Source of the DNA: a virus
Taxonomy: Duplodnaviria; Caudoviricetes
Reading direction: 5' to 3' (one strand)
Length of the DNA stretch: 54,623 nt
Virus record (IMG/VR): IMGVR_UViG_3300042471_000954
Location: 1 to 54,623 of that record
Positions within the stretch are counted from its first letter, which is position 1. Every line of letters begins with the position of its first letter. A program made the translations under genes and the position numbers. Under the pieces are notes generated by a model. It saw nothing but the letters and a program-made list of their open reading frames with translations. It was not told the origin of the DNA and searched no databases. Below are positions 1 through 9,495 of this stretch, in pieces.

Positions 1-260
1 GTTAAGTATTGTGAACCATTAAACGATAATACAGGCAACCCATTTAAACCATTGCGGGTAAGGGTGGGTTGCGTTCCACCCGTTGCTTGACTAACATGTC
101 TTCCATTGCCACTTTTATCTCGCCATTCGCTAATACCTGTGGTGACGCTGATCGTGGACAAATCGGCAGCATCGAGCCACAAGGCGGTGCGCAGTTGGGC
201 CGGCGTCCAGAGTCTCCCCTGCAACCGCGCCTCGTCCAGTGGCGACACTCCGCGTGGCAT
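1..260 (-). CDS. LamG/ConA-like lectin-domain virion protein, partial (runs off window start)
   Basis: Not in ORF track. Hand translation from ATG at 260 (TAATG overlap with upstream stop) gives MPRGVSPLDEARLQGRLWTPAQLRTALWLDAADLSTISVTTGISEWRDKSGNGRHVSQ...LNGLPVLSFNG. The WLDA...WxDKSGNG...P..F.G pattern is typical of phage lectin-like fibre domains. Confidence 0.7.
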   Translation of the reverse strand, partial: MPRGVSPLDEARLQGRLWTPAQLRTALWLDAADLSTISVTTGISEWRDKSGNGRHVSQATGGTQPTLTRNGLNGLPVLSFNGSQYL

Positions 261-691
261 TAGCTGACATCCTCGTTGAACGGGCGGACGTAAAATTCGT
301 GTCCACTTGATGCCGTTGAGACGCCTGCATTGTTTACGACTGTAAAACGCATGTTTGAAAAAGGATATAGCCGAACCATTGGGAATACTGCGACTTTGGC
401 GCCTGTGGTCACTGTCAAAGCAGCCAGGTAACTATCAAACGAACCTCCCCCGATGTCTGGAACGTCTGTGCCGTCACCGCTATAAACGCGCAGCGTGATG
501 GTCCCGTTCGCGGTCGGTGTCAACGAAGCAAGCTTGATGGTGACTGCTGCATAAAGATCCCTGTTGGTGCCGTTGTCGTAAGGGATTGCGTTAGCAGAAG
601 TTGTCTCCGATCCATTCGCTAGGGAATTGATCGCGTTTCCGGCAATGTTGGACCCGCGAGTAGCGGGCGCTGCCCATTTTGCGACGGACAT
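260..691 (-). CDS. hypothetical virion-associated protein
   Basis: 143 aa beta-rich ORF, coupled to both neighbours by TAATG overlaps. Confidence 0.65.
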   Translation of the reverse strand: MSVAKWAAPATRGSNIAGNAINSLANGSETTSANAIPYDNGTNRDLYAAVTIKLASLTPTANGTITLRVYSGDGTDVPDIGGGSFDSYLAALTVTTGAKVAVFPMVRLYPFSNMRFTVVNNAGVSTASSGHEFYVRPFNEDVS

Positions 692-1149
692 TAGAAGTTC
701 CCCCTGGCAATGCCAATATCACGGATCGTGACTACACCCACTCCTTCCATTTCCGCCCAGGATTGGGCTACCTCTGCGAGTGCCATCAGTGCATTGCGGG
801 TTGCATTTGTCAGGATTCCGGCAGAAACTAGGGCGCCAAGCAGGCTGGCCGTTGCGCTGTATATCGCCGGTATGCTGATCCTGATTGTTGATGTTTGGAT
901 AATTGCGTCACGCAGAACAATGCACGCACCGCGCACCTGTTCAGGAACTGCAGTATTCTCGGCAGCTAGAACTACTGCCCCCCATTCACCCGTAGAAAGC
1001 AGGATTTCCCTGGCGTCGTAAGTAGCCACATCACTCCGTTTGGGTGGTAGGTTGCTATCTGGTGCATTGAGCGCGGCGGCAACGTCCGCTTCCGCGACCC
1101 CGGCAAACTGCGCCACTTTCGCCGCGATCTTCTGTTCTCGCGTCGCCAT
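691..1149 (-). CDS. hypothetical phage protein
   Basis: 152 aa ORF preceded by a GGGGGTG SD-like sequence; coupled to next gene. Confidence 0.65.
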   Translation of the reverse strand: MATREQKIAAKVAQFAGVAEADVAAALNAPDSNLPPKRSDVATYDAREILLSTGEWGAVVLAAENTAVPEQVRGACIVLRDAIIQTSTIRISIPAIYSATASLLGALVSAGILTNATRNALMALAEVAQSWAEMEGVGVVTIRDIGIARGNF

Positions 1150-1186
1150 TTTTCACCCCCCGTAATTGGCACGGTCAGGCATGGGC

Positions 1187-1624
1187 TCAATCCTCAGTGA
1201 TCGCGGTGGCCGTGGTGAGGCGCGGCGTTACCCCCGTAGAAATGGCGATGTTCGGGGTGATTGCCCCCTTGTAAAGCACCACGGTTGCGCCCGAAGATGC
1301 AACCCCGATCGAGAAGTGCGTGGCGGTCGCACTGCCCCCCGTGCAAGCCGGGAAGTCCACGTTTGCCGCAGGTGACACCGAGTTATCCGTCACCGTGAAC
1401 CCGACGACGGAACGCGCAACACCGACGCGGGCATAGCCGGTGTAGACCACCTCGCTAGTGGCCTGGGTGCCCACTTCGCCGGGGTCTGCGCTATGCAAGG
1501 AGAAGAAGAGCTGCCCCGCCGTCGCTGATCCCCGCAATCCGGTCGCATCGCCGATGTTGGCGATGTTGGTATTTTGAAACACCAGCTGCAGCCAGGCGTT
1601 TTCAAAAGCATTTGATTTGGACAT
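1187..1624 (-). CDS. phage tail fibre/structural protein
   Basis: MSKSNAFEN..LHSADPGE..EVVYTGYARV..THFSIG pattern typical of small phage tail-associated proteins; AGGAG SD. Confidence 0.7.
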   Translation of the reverse strand: MSKSNAFENAWLQLVFQNTNIANIGDATGLRGSATAGQLFFSLHSADPGEVGTQATSEVVYTGYARVGVARSVVGFTVTDNSVSPAANVDFPACTGGSATATHFSIGVASSGATVVLYKGAITPNIAISTGVTPRLTTATAITED

Positions 1625-1671
1625 TTCGTCTCCTGGGGTGGTGTTTAGCGGCAGACCGCTTGATCACTGCC

Positions 1672-1890
1672 TCAGCTTTCCGACCACGCCTCATTTGCAG
1701 CGGTGGACGGGTCGTCAGCCGCGAACCGCCCGCCCGCTACCCGCGCTCTCTTGCGCTTTAGGGTGGGGCATACCACCGCTTCATTAATGGCCTGCTCAGC
1801 AGTCTCCTGAACGGGCTCCTGGTGCTCGGGCTCAGCCGTTGCCTGCTGCGATTGCTCCAGATTCATGCCGTAGCCAATCGGGAAGTTCAT
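1672..1890 (-). CDS. small hypothetical protein (capsid-operon associated)
   Basis: 72 aa; GGAGG upstream; C-terminal RARVAGGRFAADDPSTAANEAW resembles a recurrent marine/freshwater phage peptide motif. Confidence 0.6.
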   Translation of the reverse strand: MNFPIGYGMNLEQSQQATAEPEHQEPVQETAEQAINEAVVCPTLKRKRARVAGGRFAADDPSTAANEAWSES

Positions 1891-1904
1891 AGGCCTCCAT
1901 AGTG

Positions 1905-1924
1905 AAAAAGGCCCCGAAGGGCCC
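1905..1924 (-). terminator. rho-independent terminator after capsid/decoration genes
   Basis: Minus strand reads GGCCC-TTCG-GGGCC-TTTTT. Confidence 0.8.
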
Positions 1925-1950
1925 TAGGTGAACACAAACCGCCTAGCGGC

Positions 1951-2634
1951 TCACTGCGCAGGAACCAGTGCCACCGTGTTGGTGCCAACCGGCACAGCGG
2001 CGCCGTTGGTCACCGTGCCAGTTGCCGATGCGCTGGTGATGTTGGACTGGACGGAGTTGTAGCGGAACGTGTTTGAGGTCACTTCCGTAATGGTGAAGGT
2101 TCCGTTTACCAGCGGGTTAGAGCAACCAACGGTGACAACCTCACCCACCAACATGGTGTGAGCAGCCGACAGGGTGATGGTCGCCACGTTCGTGGTGAGC
2201 GCCACGTTGCTGATTGCCAGGTTGCCAGTGCCAGGGCGAACCCGAACCGCAGCTACTCGCACATCACCGGTCACCGAACCGGCAGCCCTTACGGCATCAC
2301 GGATCTGCTTGCCGCTGATGGCAATCTCGTTGACTGCGCCAGCGGCAGCGGTGACAACACCAATGTTGGTGTAGGCCGAAGCGCTGCTAAGGGCAGAACC
2401 CTCGGCAACGTGGGCAGCCTGCAGGATGTAACCACCAGCAGAGTTGCTGGAGCCACCGGCAGCAATCAGCTTCCAGTCATTCTGTGCAGCCAGGTTGGTG
2501 TTAAGCAACCGGGCGGCGCCAGTGCGGGTTTCAGCTTGGCGGCCACGGGCACCTGCAAGCACGTTTCCGAGAAGGACGGTTGCTGCGTCCAGTTGATAGG
2601 CCCTCCGGGGGGCTAGACCTGTTGCGCGTGCCAT
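1951..2634 (-). CDS. capsid decoration/cement protein (putative)
   Basis: Immediately downstream of MCP; Ala/Gly/Thr-rich; C-terminal beta domain shared with the tail tube protein. Confidence 0.6.
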   Translation of the reverse strand: MARATGLAPRRAYQLDAATVLLGNVLAGARGRQAETRTGAARLLNTNLAAQNDWKLIAAGGSSNSAGGYILQAAHVAEGSALSSASAYTNIGVVTAAAGAVNEIAISGKQIRDAVRAAGSVTGDVRVAAVRVRPGTGNLAISNVALTTNVATITLSAAHTMLVGEVVTVGCSNPLVNGTFTITEVTSNTFRYNSVQSNITSASATGTVTNGAAVPVGTNTVALVPAQ

Positions 2635-2679
2635 GGATCAGTACCTCAGGAAATCAGGGAATAGATGAAAAAGCAATGA

Positions 2680-3594
2680 TCAGGCGGTCATTGCAGCATC
2701 GGTGATGCCGTAAGCACGGGCAGCGGATCTGCCGTTCATGATTGCAATACCGACCGACCAATCAATGCGGGTACGATCGACTGGTGCATCAGGGACTTCC
2801 CCGAATGACTTGATGTCAATCCCGTAGCCGCCGGCTGAATCAGGGCCCTGCATACCGGTTACTTGCTGATCGCCATAGGCGACGCAGTAAACACTGGTGG
2901 TGCTACCGGCTTCCGTAAAGCCTTGAATCGGCACGTTCTGAGCATTGGTGTCGGTGACCACAATGCGTGTGTCACCGTAGGAGGTGACCAGCTTGCCGAA
3001 CTCATCCCGCGTGGTGGTCAGGAAGCCACCGATAGTGCTGTTGCGGCTAGCGGCAGTAAGGCGCCGACGCAGTGCTTTACCCATGTGGACAACCTTGTTG
3101 TCGCCATCAACGGCGTCAATAAGTTCATCCAATCGGGAAAGCGAGAATGCACCGCCGACGTTGATAGCTTGAGAGCTGTCAACGTTGATCCGCTTCCTGA
3201 AGCCGTCGAACGCACGGGGATCAACCGACTCATCGCCGTTGATCATGTAGTCTTCAAGGGTCAGCCGCAAAGAGCGAACTTTAGCCTCGATTTGCTGGGC
3301 CCTGGCTTGAGTGCCCTTGTTCTTGATGATGTGCATGTCCACATCAATGTCCCCGCCGAACATCTTGAGTCGTTCGTATTGGGGGTTGATGACACCGTAA
3401 GTGGCATCATAGGTTTCGTTCAAACCACGAAACCCAACACCGGGCAGTTCATCTTCAGTGGCATAGTCCAAGCCGCCTTGCACATTGGCAAACGGCAGAA
3501 GGCGAATCATCTCGCTTTCGGCGAGAGCGCGAATAACGACCACCCGTTGCTGATTGGTATCAGTCTTGGCGGCCTCCAGAAGTGTCAGTCCCAT
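2680..3594 (-). CDS. major capsid protein (HK97 fold)
   Basis: 304 aa, MGLTLLEAAK...GGDIDVD...INGD...FDG; downstream of scaffold. Confidence 0.85.
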   Translation of the reverse strand: MGLTLLEAAKTDTNQQRVVVIRALAESEMIRLLPFANVQGGLDYATEDELPGVGFRGLNETYDATYGVINPQYERLKMFGGDIDVDMHIIKNKGTQARAQQIEAKVRSLRLTLEDYMINGDESVDPRAFDGFRKRINVDSSQAINVGGAFSLSRLDELIDAVDGDNKVVHMGKALRRRLTAASRNSTIGGFLTTTRDEFGKLVTSYGDTRIVVTDTNAQNVPIQGFTEAGSTTSVYCVAYGDQQVTGMQGPDSAGGYGIDIKSFGEVPDAPVDRTRIDWSVGIAIMNGRSAARAYGITDAAMTA

Positions 3595-3628
3595 TGTGGG
3601 GAATCCAGGTGAAGGTCAAGGGAGGGGT

Positions 3629-3702
3629 GGCATCACGCCAAAAGGACACCGCAAGGCATCACGCCGAGCTGCTTGATTTGGGACCGACTTAGGCATCACG
3701 CC
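3629..3702 (-). repeat. three copies of GGCGTGATGCC hairpin in MCP leader
   Basis: GGCATCACGCC on + strand at 3629-3639, 3655-3665 and 3692-3702; a fourth copy at 4582-4592 lies just upstream of the scaffold ATG. Confidence 0.85.
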
Positions 3703-3757
3703 ATCAGTCGATCCCTGTTGTCCGATGTTTCCCCGATCCCTAAGCCGTCAGCAGAGA

Positions 3758-4573
3758 TCAACCAAAGGCGTCTGAAAACGCGGCTGGAAGCGGTTGATTC
3801 ATCAGGTCTTTACCTGTGCTGACGCGACCATCACGGCTGCTACGTGCCCCGCCGCCGGTTCCCATCGCGGGCTCAAAGTTGCGCCCCCACACAGGATCGG
3901 ATTGCAGCCGCCGGAGCCACTTGACGGGCTCAAAGCGCTTGCCGGTTTCCGGGTCGATCTCTGGGCTGCCGTTGGCATCAACGACCACAAGTGCGCCGTC
4001 TTCATTGCGGAACTGAGGGCCAAAGCGGCTCCAGACCGAATCAAAGGGGGTGCTGCCGTCGATTTCGGATACCTCGGTGGATCCTTTGGCGCCGATGAAG
4101 GCCTTCTCGGCTAGCTGCCGTACCAGCTCGCGCTGGCGGGCCTCCCGTTCGGCCTGAAGGGCGGTTGTGGATGCTTCCAACTGCTGCGAGTATTTGGCCT
4201 CGATCTGCTGTCGCTCCAGGGCCGCCTGCTGCTCGATCAGCTCCCGTCGTGCTTGCTCCTGCTGAGCTTTGGCCTGTGCCTCGCGTACCGCCTCAGGGTT
4301 GGTGGTGGTCAGTTCCCGCAGTTGAGCTTCCAGGGCCCCGAGGCGGCGATCCTTCTCGCGGTTGGCAGTGCGTTCACGGTCGAGGGTGTGACGCAGCCGA
4401 GTCACATCGTCTCCGTCCCCCTCGCTATCTCCAGTGCCAGCAGCAGGGTCAGTAGCGCCCTGGCTTGCACCGGCTCCAGCAACTGCACCACCACCTGCAC
4501 CAGCACCGCCGCCGCCCTCGCTGCCACCCTCAGGGCTCTGGAGGATGAACTGTTCAAACCATCGCTTGTTCAT
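3758..4573 (-). CDS. capsid scaffolding protein
   Basis: Gly-rich N-terminus, long coiled coil, C-terminal GTGGGA motif; directly upstream of MCP. Confidence 0.75.
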   Translation of the reverse strand: MNKRWFEQFILQSPEGGSEGGGGAGAGGGAVAGAGASQGATDPAAGTGDSEGDGDDVTRLRHTLDRERTANREKDRRLGALEAQLRELTTTNPEAVREAQAKAQQEQARRELIEQQAALERQQIEAKYSQQLEASTTALQAEREARQRELVRQLAEKAFIGAKGSTEVSEIDGSTPFDSVWSRFGPQFRNEDGALVVVDANGSPEIDPETGKRFEPVKWLRRLQSDPVWGRNFEPAMGTGGGARSSRDGRVSTGKDLMNQPLPAAFSDAFG

Positions 4574-4621
4574 GTGGTCGGGGCATCACGCCCGCGAGCA
4601 ACTACAGCGCAGCTTTCCGGC

Positions 4622-4759
4622 TTAGCGTTTGCCCTGTGGCTTAGGTCGTTGGCGCCGCTCCTGCTCGCGTTCGGCAGCGGCCATGCGGTTAGCCAGCTGC
4701 CGGGTTTGCACCGTCTCTAGGAGGGTTTCGATGGAGTCGGGTTGGGGGGTAGTGGTCAT
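4622..4759 (-). CDS. small hypothetical protein (45 aa)
   Basis: Hand-translated MTTTPQPDSIETLLETVQTRQLANRMAAAEREQERRQRPKPQGKR; ATGA overlap with upstream gene. Confidence 0.55.
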   Translation of the reverse strand: MTTTPQPDSIETLLETVQTRQLANRMAAAEREQERRQRPKPQGKR

Positions 4760-6096
4760 ATAGTGATACCAATCTGGCTGAGCCGATCACGGCAATAAGT
4801 GCCGCCGTGGTAGTCATAGGCAACGACCATCCGAACAGGCTCGGGTTGATTTTCTGCGTTCGGTCCCGGCCTCTGGTCAAGTTCGTCATCCAGCCCAGCG
4901 ACAAGCATTTCGCTTGTTATCAGCTCGGTAACGCTTGCGTCAGGAATAATGCCAAAAACCCCTATTTCTGTTGTGGGTGTGCTTGCGACTGATGGGTCAT
5001 CGCGCTTGTAACCCAAGACAGGGATTTCTGGGTTTCCACTGTATTCGGCGAATGATGCCTTCGCTTGCTGTGGTGACTTTACACTAAAGGTTCCATCGGG
5101 GGCAATGCTTTCATAAATCACAGAGGAAACACTGTTGAAGCTTATTCGATAAGGGCTGTCAGGCGGTTGTGGCAAACCCAGCTCTGTAGCAACATAAGGG
5201 TTGGGATGGTTGATCTGATAGGCACCAACAGCCGACTGAGATAAAGCCAACTCCATGCGAACATCAGGATTCAGCGGATTGTAACCAAGCGCAATTCCGC
5301 CCGCTGCGTTTTCGGCCAGTACAGAGTCTATCTTTTTTTGCATAAACGCAGGAAGGGGCTGCGTCAGCTCAACAACATCAGACTCAGTTACCAGGAAACA
5401 GGTGCGCGTTGTGTTTTGTATCGTAAAGTTATTAGGAGAAAAAACAACTGGACCGAACCCCAATCGTTCATACGCATAATTGCGATGATACTGAGCTATA
5501 GAAACGACGAGTATCATATCTGACTGACCAGCGGGGAGCAGGTTCCACCAAAGCCTTGCGCAAAAGTTGTGGGTGCCACTCCCAAATGTCCGTTCTTGCA
5601 CGAGTATTATGGGCAGCAGACCGTTTTCTATCTGGGTCCAAGTTTTTTCAAAGACATCGGTTCCCGTGCCGGTAAATGTCAGGCTATGCCTAAACCGCTT
5701 CCACCTTTCGCCTGATCTGGCCCCGACTGTAACAACAAACTCTAGCGAAGCGCTTGCGGATCCTTCGGTTGTTCTTCTTTCGTAACTAGGGGATGGGTTG
5801 TTCTCGTCCGCGTCAGTTGCATTGGTAATCTCTAACTCATTTGTAATAAGAGTGTAGTTCTTTCCAATGTGCAACCACCCCACTCCCACATCAACTTGGC
5901 CTCCAGGGACAAAACTAGGCTCATCCCTCCTCCTGCTTATCAATGGCGCCGGAGCCAAGGCCATCTCCCGTCTCAGCGTTTCCTTAGACCAGTCCAGCCC
6001 CTTCTTCGCCTTCTTCGCCCGGTTCTTCAGGATCCGGGCCTTCACCAGGTCCAAGATCTTCCAAGGCACCGGGTTGATGTCAACGATCAGGCTCAT
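4756..6096 (-). CDS. putative tail-tip/receptor-binding protein
   Basis: 446 aa at end of tail operon; GC-rich 5' part and visibly AT-richer beta-rich body. Confidence 0.55.
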   Translation of the reverse strand: MSLIVDINPVPWKILDLVKARILKNRAKKAKKGLDWSKETLRREMALAPAPLISRRRDEPSFVPGGQVDVGVGWLHIGKNYTLITNELEITNATDADENNPSPSYERRTTEGSASASLEFVVTVGARSGERWKRFRHSLTFTGTGTDVFEKTWTQIENGLLPIILVQERTFGSGTHNFCARLWWNLLPAGQSDMILVVSIAQYHRNYAYERLGFGPVVFSPNNFTIQNTTRTCFLVTESDVVELTQPLPAFMQKKIDSVLAENAAGGIALGYNPLNPDVRMELALSQSAVGAYQINHPNPYVATELGLPQPPDSPYRISFNSVSSVIYESIAPDGTFSVKSPQQAKASFAEYSGNPEIPVLGYKRDDPSVASTPTTEIGVFGIIPDASVTELITSEMLVAGLDDELDQRPGPNAENQPEPVRMVVAYDYHGGTYCRDRLSQIGITI

Positions 6097-6491
6097 CCTT
6101 GCGCCAGCAGCAGCACGTAGCTCTTGCTTTGCCCTGATTGCAGCGTCTCGGGTGTCGGCAGTAGCACCACCCGGTCGGGATAGGTGCGGTTGTCCACCTG
6201 CAACACGATCGCATCGAACGTGAAGCCACTGCCTGATGCCGTTAGCGACAACGTGAACTGCGGTAGTTCGTAGCGGGCATTGCCGCTGTTGAAGCTGCCG
6301 GTCCCGATGGTGCCGGTCTTCTCTGTGTAGCCGTTACCATTCGCCAGCTTCACCGCATTCCAGGCGCTCATCAGGCTGGACTGGGTGAGCACCGCGCCAT
6401 CGCGGAAGCACAACATAAACTTGTAGCTCTTACCTTCGTAGGTGAGCTGCGCCTGCTTGCCGAGCGCATCCGGTGAGATCAGAACGTCCAT
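6093..6491 (-). CDS. minor tail protein
   Basis: 132 aa; paralogous to 6522-6965 (W.AV...G.GY...GSFN....R[YF]E...TASGS). Confidence 0.6.
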   Translation of the reverse strand: MDVLISPDALGKQAQLTYEGKSYKFMLCFRDGAVLTQSSLMSAWNAVKLANGNGYTEKTGTIGTGSFNSGNARYELPQFTLSLTASGSGFTFDAIVLQVDNRTYPDRVVLLPTPETLQSGQSKSYVLLLAQG

Positions 6492-6521
6492 TGCTGCAAC
6501 CGCTTACAGGAGCTTTCCCGA

Positions 6522-6965
6522 TCAGGCGGTTACCGTGAACCCATCGGTGAATAACTGAACCGCGTAGATGCGGCTCAATCCCGCTGCAAGGCTGATACTG
6601 GGGCTCTCGGTGAGCACAAACGACACACCAGTGCCCCAGGTCACGGTGCTGCCGCTGATCGTGCCGATCACCAGATAGGCAGCGTTCCAGGTAAGCGCTG
6701 AGCCTGAAGCGGTGAACGTGCAGGTGTACGAGCCCGCCTCAAAGCGGTCTGTGGTGGTGTTGAAGCTCCCCGCTGGGATTGTCCATTCGCACCGTGCATA
6801 GCCCGAGCCGCTGCGCTCTACGGCATCCCATGCCGCCGTGTTTGAGCTGAGGTTGGGGGATCCTGATGTGGTTGTCGCTAGGCACAGGCGGGCTTTCCTT
6901 CCGGCATATTCCCCAAGGTACAACCGCTCGGCCTCGTAGAAGGTCTGGAGCATTGCAGCGGGCAT
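6522..6965 (-). CDS. minor tail protein
   Basis: 147 aa; paralogue of 6093-6491; tail operon context. Confidence 0.6.
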   Translation of the reverse strand: MPAAMLQTFYEAERLYLGEYAGRKARLCLATTTSGSPNLSSNTAAWDAVERSGSGYARCEWTIPAGSFNTTTDRFEAGSYTCTFTASGSALTWNAAYLVIGTISGSTVTWGTGVSFVLTESPSISLAAGLSRIYAVQLFTDGFTVTA

Positions 6966-7020
6966 GGGCTTTCCGTGTCTGCTTCAGTTTTCCCGGCAAA
7001 AAACAGAGCTTGGCTAGTTG

Positions 7021-9495
7021 TTATCCATTGGGGAACGCAGCGGATGGAGGGATGAACGCCGAGGTGTAGTGAGCCTTGCCATTGGTGACCCGCACCTCGT
7101 CGATCTGACCCTTGAAGTAACGGGGGCTGACACTGGAATCGCCAAACATTAGGAAGTCGCACGTCACCGTGGCTGAACTCGTAATGTCGCCGATGCTCAC
7201 TCCGTCAACATAGGCAGTCACCGTGGAGCCGCTGCGCACCATTGCTACGTGTTGCCAAGTATTTATAGTCAATGCAAAGCCAGTAGCAAACGGGCTCTCG
7301 GAGTCGAAAAAGAACCCAGGATTAGCGCCACCGGGGCGCATCATCAGGGTGCTTTCATTCGCGGCGGACACTAGGGTGTCGAAGCTTCCGTTGCTACCCG
7401 TGCGTCTTGCCCACAGCTCAATAGTAAAATCGCCATTAAATGTAAATACTGAGCTTGTTGGAGTGCGTAGGCGTCCATTGAATTCACCGGATGCCCCGCC
7501 AAACTTACTTTGTGCTGTCGTGATTGTAACAGCGCCATTTTGGATACTCATTGCGTGTTGGTTGCTACTGCTGTCGGTGAATGTCGTGCTGCCGTTACTG
7601 CCATCCATGTGCAGCAATAGCGCATTTGGCACAGGGGTATCCGCAATAACCCCAGACCCGCTGCCTGCAAACAATGCAAGGGTTTCAGCCGACAGGTCCG
7701 CAATAACTCCAGACCCACTGCCCGCAAGTAGCCGCTCTATGAATGCTTCACCCGAGAGATCCGCTATCACCCCAGATCCGCTGCCCGCAAACAACCGCTC
7801 TGGAGTGATCTCTGCAGACAGGTCTGCGATAACCCCAGACCCGCTGCCTGCATACAACTGCTCTGGAGTGATCTCAGCTGACAGGTCTGCAATAACGCCA
7901 GACCCACTGCCTGCAAACAACTCATGCACAACCAAGGCTGTCCCGTAGGACACAGACACGCTCGTAATGCTTTCGGTTGTTGCAGTCAAGCTGTAAGGAG
8001 CTTCCAACACCCAGGTGAGTGAGCGGCTCACGCTTTCCCGCCGCACATTCTCCGCCACCGCCCCCACCACACTGGCCCTAGCCAGATCAGCCGCGTACAC
8101 ATCGCCCTCGACACCAGCCGTCCCGAAGCTGGCCCAGATGCTCCCCGGTGCCATCGGGTCAAACCCACCCGGCGCATTGATCGTGTTCGCCAGGGCTGGG
8201 GTGCTGTTGACCGTGGCGGTAACGGTCGGCAGGTTGGTGGCGGCAACCATCATCGGGAACCAGTCAGCACCGGTAGCACCGGTCACCAGGCCCGCGCCGC
8301 CGTCGAGCATGGCATCACAGCCCACGACCAACCCCTGGGCGTCCCAGGCGAAGGTGGTCCCGTTGGCGCGAAACCTGCCCACGGTGCCGGCCGCCTCCAG
8401 GTAAAGGGTGCCCATCGGTTCGCTGGGGATGTTGCGCAGCTCGGTGGTGATGCTCTTGCCATTGGCCATCCCTGACAGGATGGTGTAGATGCTCTTGCCG
8501 TATTCATAAGCGGCGGCGCTACTGGAGACGTATTCAAACTTTAACCCCGTGCCATTGTCGCCTGCATCCGTAGCAGGTCGCAGGTAGCTATCAGGGGCAA
8601 ACTGCATATCGTATTTATCTGTGCTATTGGTTCCAGCGGAGCCAAACGACATATCTACATACTGGCTTTCATAGGGCTTACCCAATGGGCCAGACTGATT
8701 CCAGCTACCGTTAGTGTTCAGCCTTTCCTGGGCACCTTGAAGCCTTTCGTTCTCCTGGTCTAGCTTGTTCGGCTGGGCCGGGGCCGTGCCTCGCCCGATG
8801 TTGATTGTCTTCTCAACCCCGCGACAGACCAGAGCGCTCATCCGATCAACGAGGGTGTAGGTGCCGCTGATCCGCTCTGCGTCAGCTGATCGCTTTAGCC
8901 CTGCCATAATCGAGGCCGCAACCGTCTTCCCGGCCGAAGTAGCCCCCCAGGCTTCATAAATGACCGTGGTTTGCTTTGTTAGTCCAGCAGCTACATTCCC
9001 TTCCTTTTCTACTATTGTTCTGCGAAGCAGGATGTTGCCGGTTCCAAGGTCAATGTTTTTGTAATTTTCAATCGACAAGCCACCGGCAAAGGCAATGCGT
9101 GGTTCGTATTCATCCGTTGTTACCATTGTTTCTATGGGGCCATCCTCTATAAGTTGGTAGCTATAGTAAGTTTGAGTGATTTTTGTTAATACAGCACCTG
9201 GGAATGCCGGACTTCTCGCTTCAAGCTTCGACTTCCACCGGGTAGGGTTAGCAGCACCGACGCAGGTTGTAGTAGTTGAAATCGTGTTTGCTACTACATC
9301 CTGGACTTGCCTTTTTCCGTCTTTGTCAAGGTATTCAAGCGTCGTATATTCAGTCAGCACTTCCGATGTAGAAGCAAAGCTCACTGAATCAGATCTTGTC
9401 TCAAACGTTACAGGCGGGCCTGGATTCCTAAACCTGTACTGAACCGCAAAAGTTTCGGCAGTGCTGATCGTTTTCTGATAGGTCCAGTTCTGCAT
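7021..9495 (-). CDS. tail protein with internal repeats and C-terminal LamG/ConA lectin domain
   Basis: LLLHMDGSNGSTTFTDSS...DFTIELW...WQHVAMVRSG...FKGQIDEVRVT is a LamG-like signature; 5x AGSGSGVIAD repeats. Confidence 0.8.
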   Translation of the reverse strand: MQNWTYQKTISTAETFAVQYRFRNPGPPVTFETRSDSVSFASTSEVLTEYTTLEYLDKDGKRQVQDVVANTISTTTTCVGAANPTRWKSKLEARSPAFPGAVLTKITQTYYSYQLIEDGPIETMVTTDEYEPRIAFAGGLSIENYKNIDLGTGNILLRRTIVEKEGNVAAGLTKQTTVIYEAWGATSAGKTVAASIMAGLKRSADAERISGTYTLVDRMSALVCRGVEKTINIGRGTAPAQPNKLDQENERLQGAQERLNTNGSWNQSGPLGKPYESQYVDMSFGSAGTNSTDKYDMQFAPDSYLRPATDAGDNGTGLKFEYVSSSAAAYEYGKSIYTILSGMANGKSITTELRNIPSEPMGTLYLEAAGTVGRFRANGTTFAWDAQGLVVGCDAMLDGGAGLVTGATGADWFPMMVAATNLPTVTATVNSTPALANTINAPGGFDPMAPGSIWASFGTAGVEGDVYAADLARASVVGAVAENVRRESVSRSLTWVLEAPYSLTATTESITSVSVSYGTALVVHELFAGSGSGVIADLSAEITPEQLYAGSGSGVIADLSAEITPERLFAGSGSGVIADLSGEAFIERLLAGSGSGVIADLSAETLALFAGSGSGVIADTPVPNALLLHMDGSNGSTTFTDSSSNQHAMSIQNGAVTITTAQSKFGGASGEFNGRLRTPTSSVFTFNGDFTIELWARRTGSNGSFDTLVSAANESTLMMRPGGANPGFFFDSESPFATGFALTINTWQHVAMVRSGSTVTAYVDGVSIGDITSSATVTCDFLMFGDSSVSPRYFKGQIDEVRVTNGKAHYTSAFIPPSAAFPNG
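7630..7925 (-). repeat. five tandem ~63 bp coding repeats (L[FYL]AGSGSGVIAD)
   Basis: Visible in protein and in DNA (CCAGA[CT]CC[GA]CTGCC[TC]GCA). Confidence 0.9.

Noticed and set aside
2680-3594. Encapsulin nanocompartment shell
   Set aside because: The sequence is encapsulin-like, but scaffold, portal, terminase and tail genes identify it as the phage capsid.
2863-3612. Long antisense ORFs opposite capsid, helicase and tail genes (e.g. 249 aa here; also 38895-39674 and 7223-7948)
   Set aside because: These are shadow ORFs expected in GC-rich coding DNA and carry no recognisable motifs.
7021-9495. Diversity-generating retroelement target
   Set aside because: No reverse transcriptase and no TR/VR pair with adenine-specific mismatches was seen.
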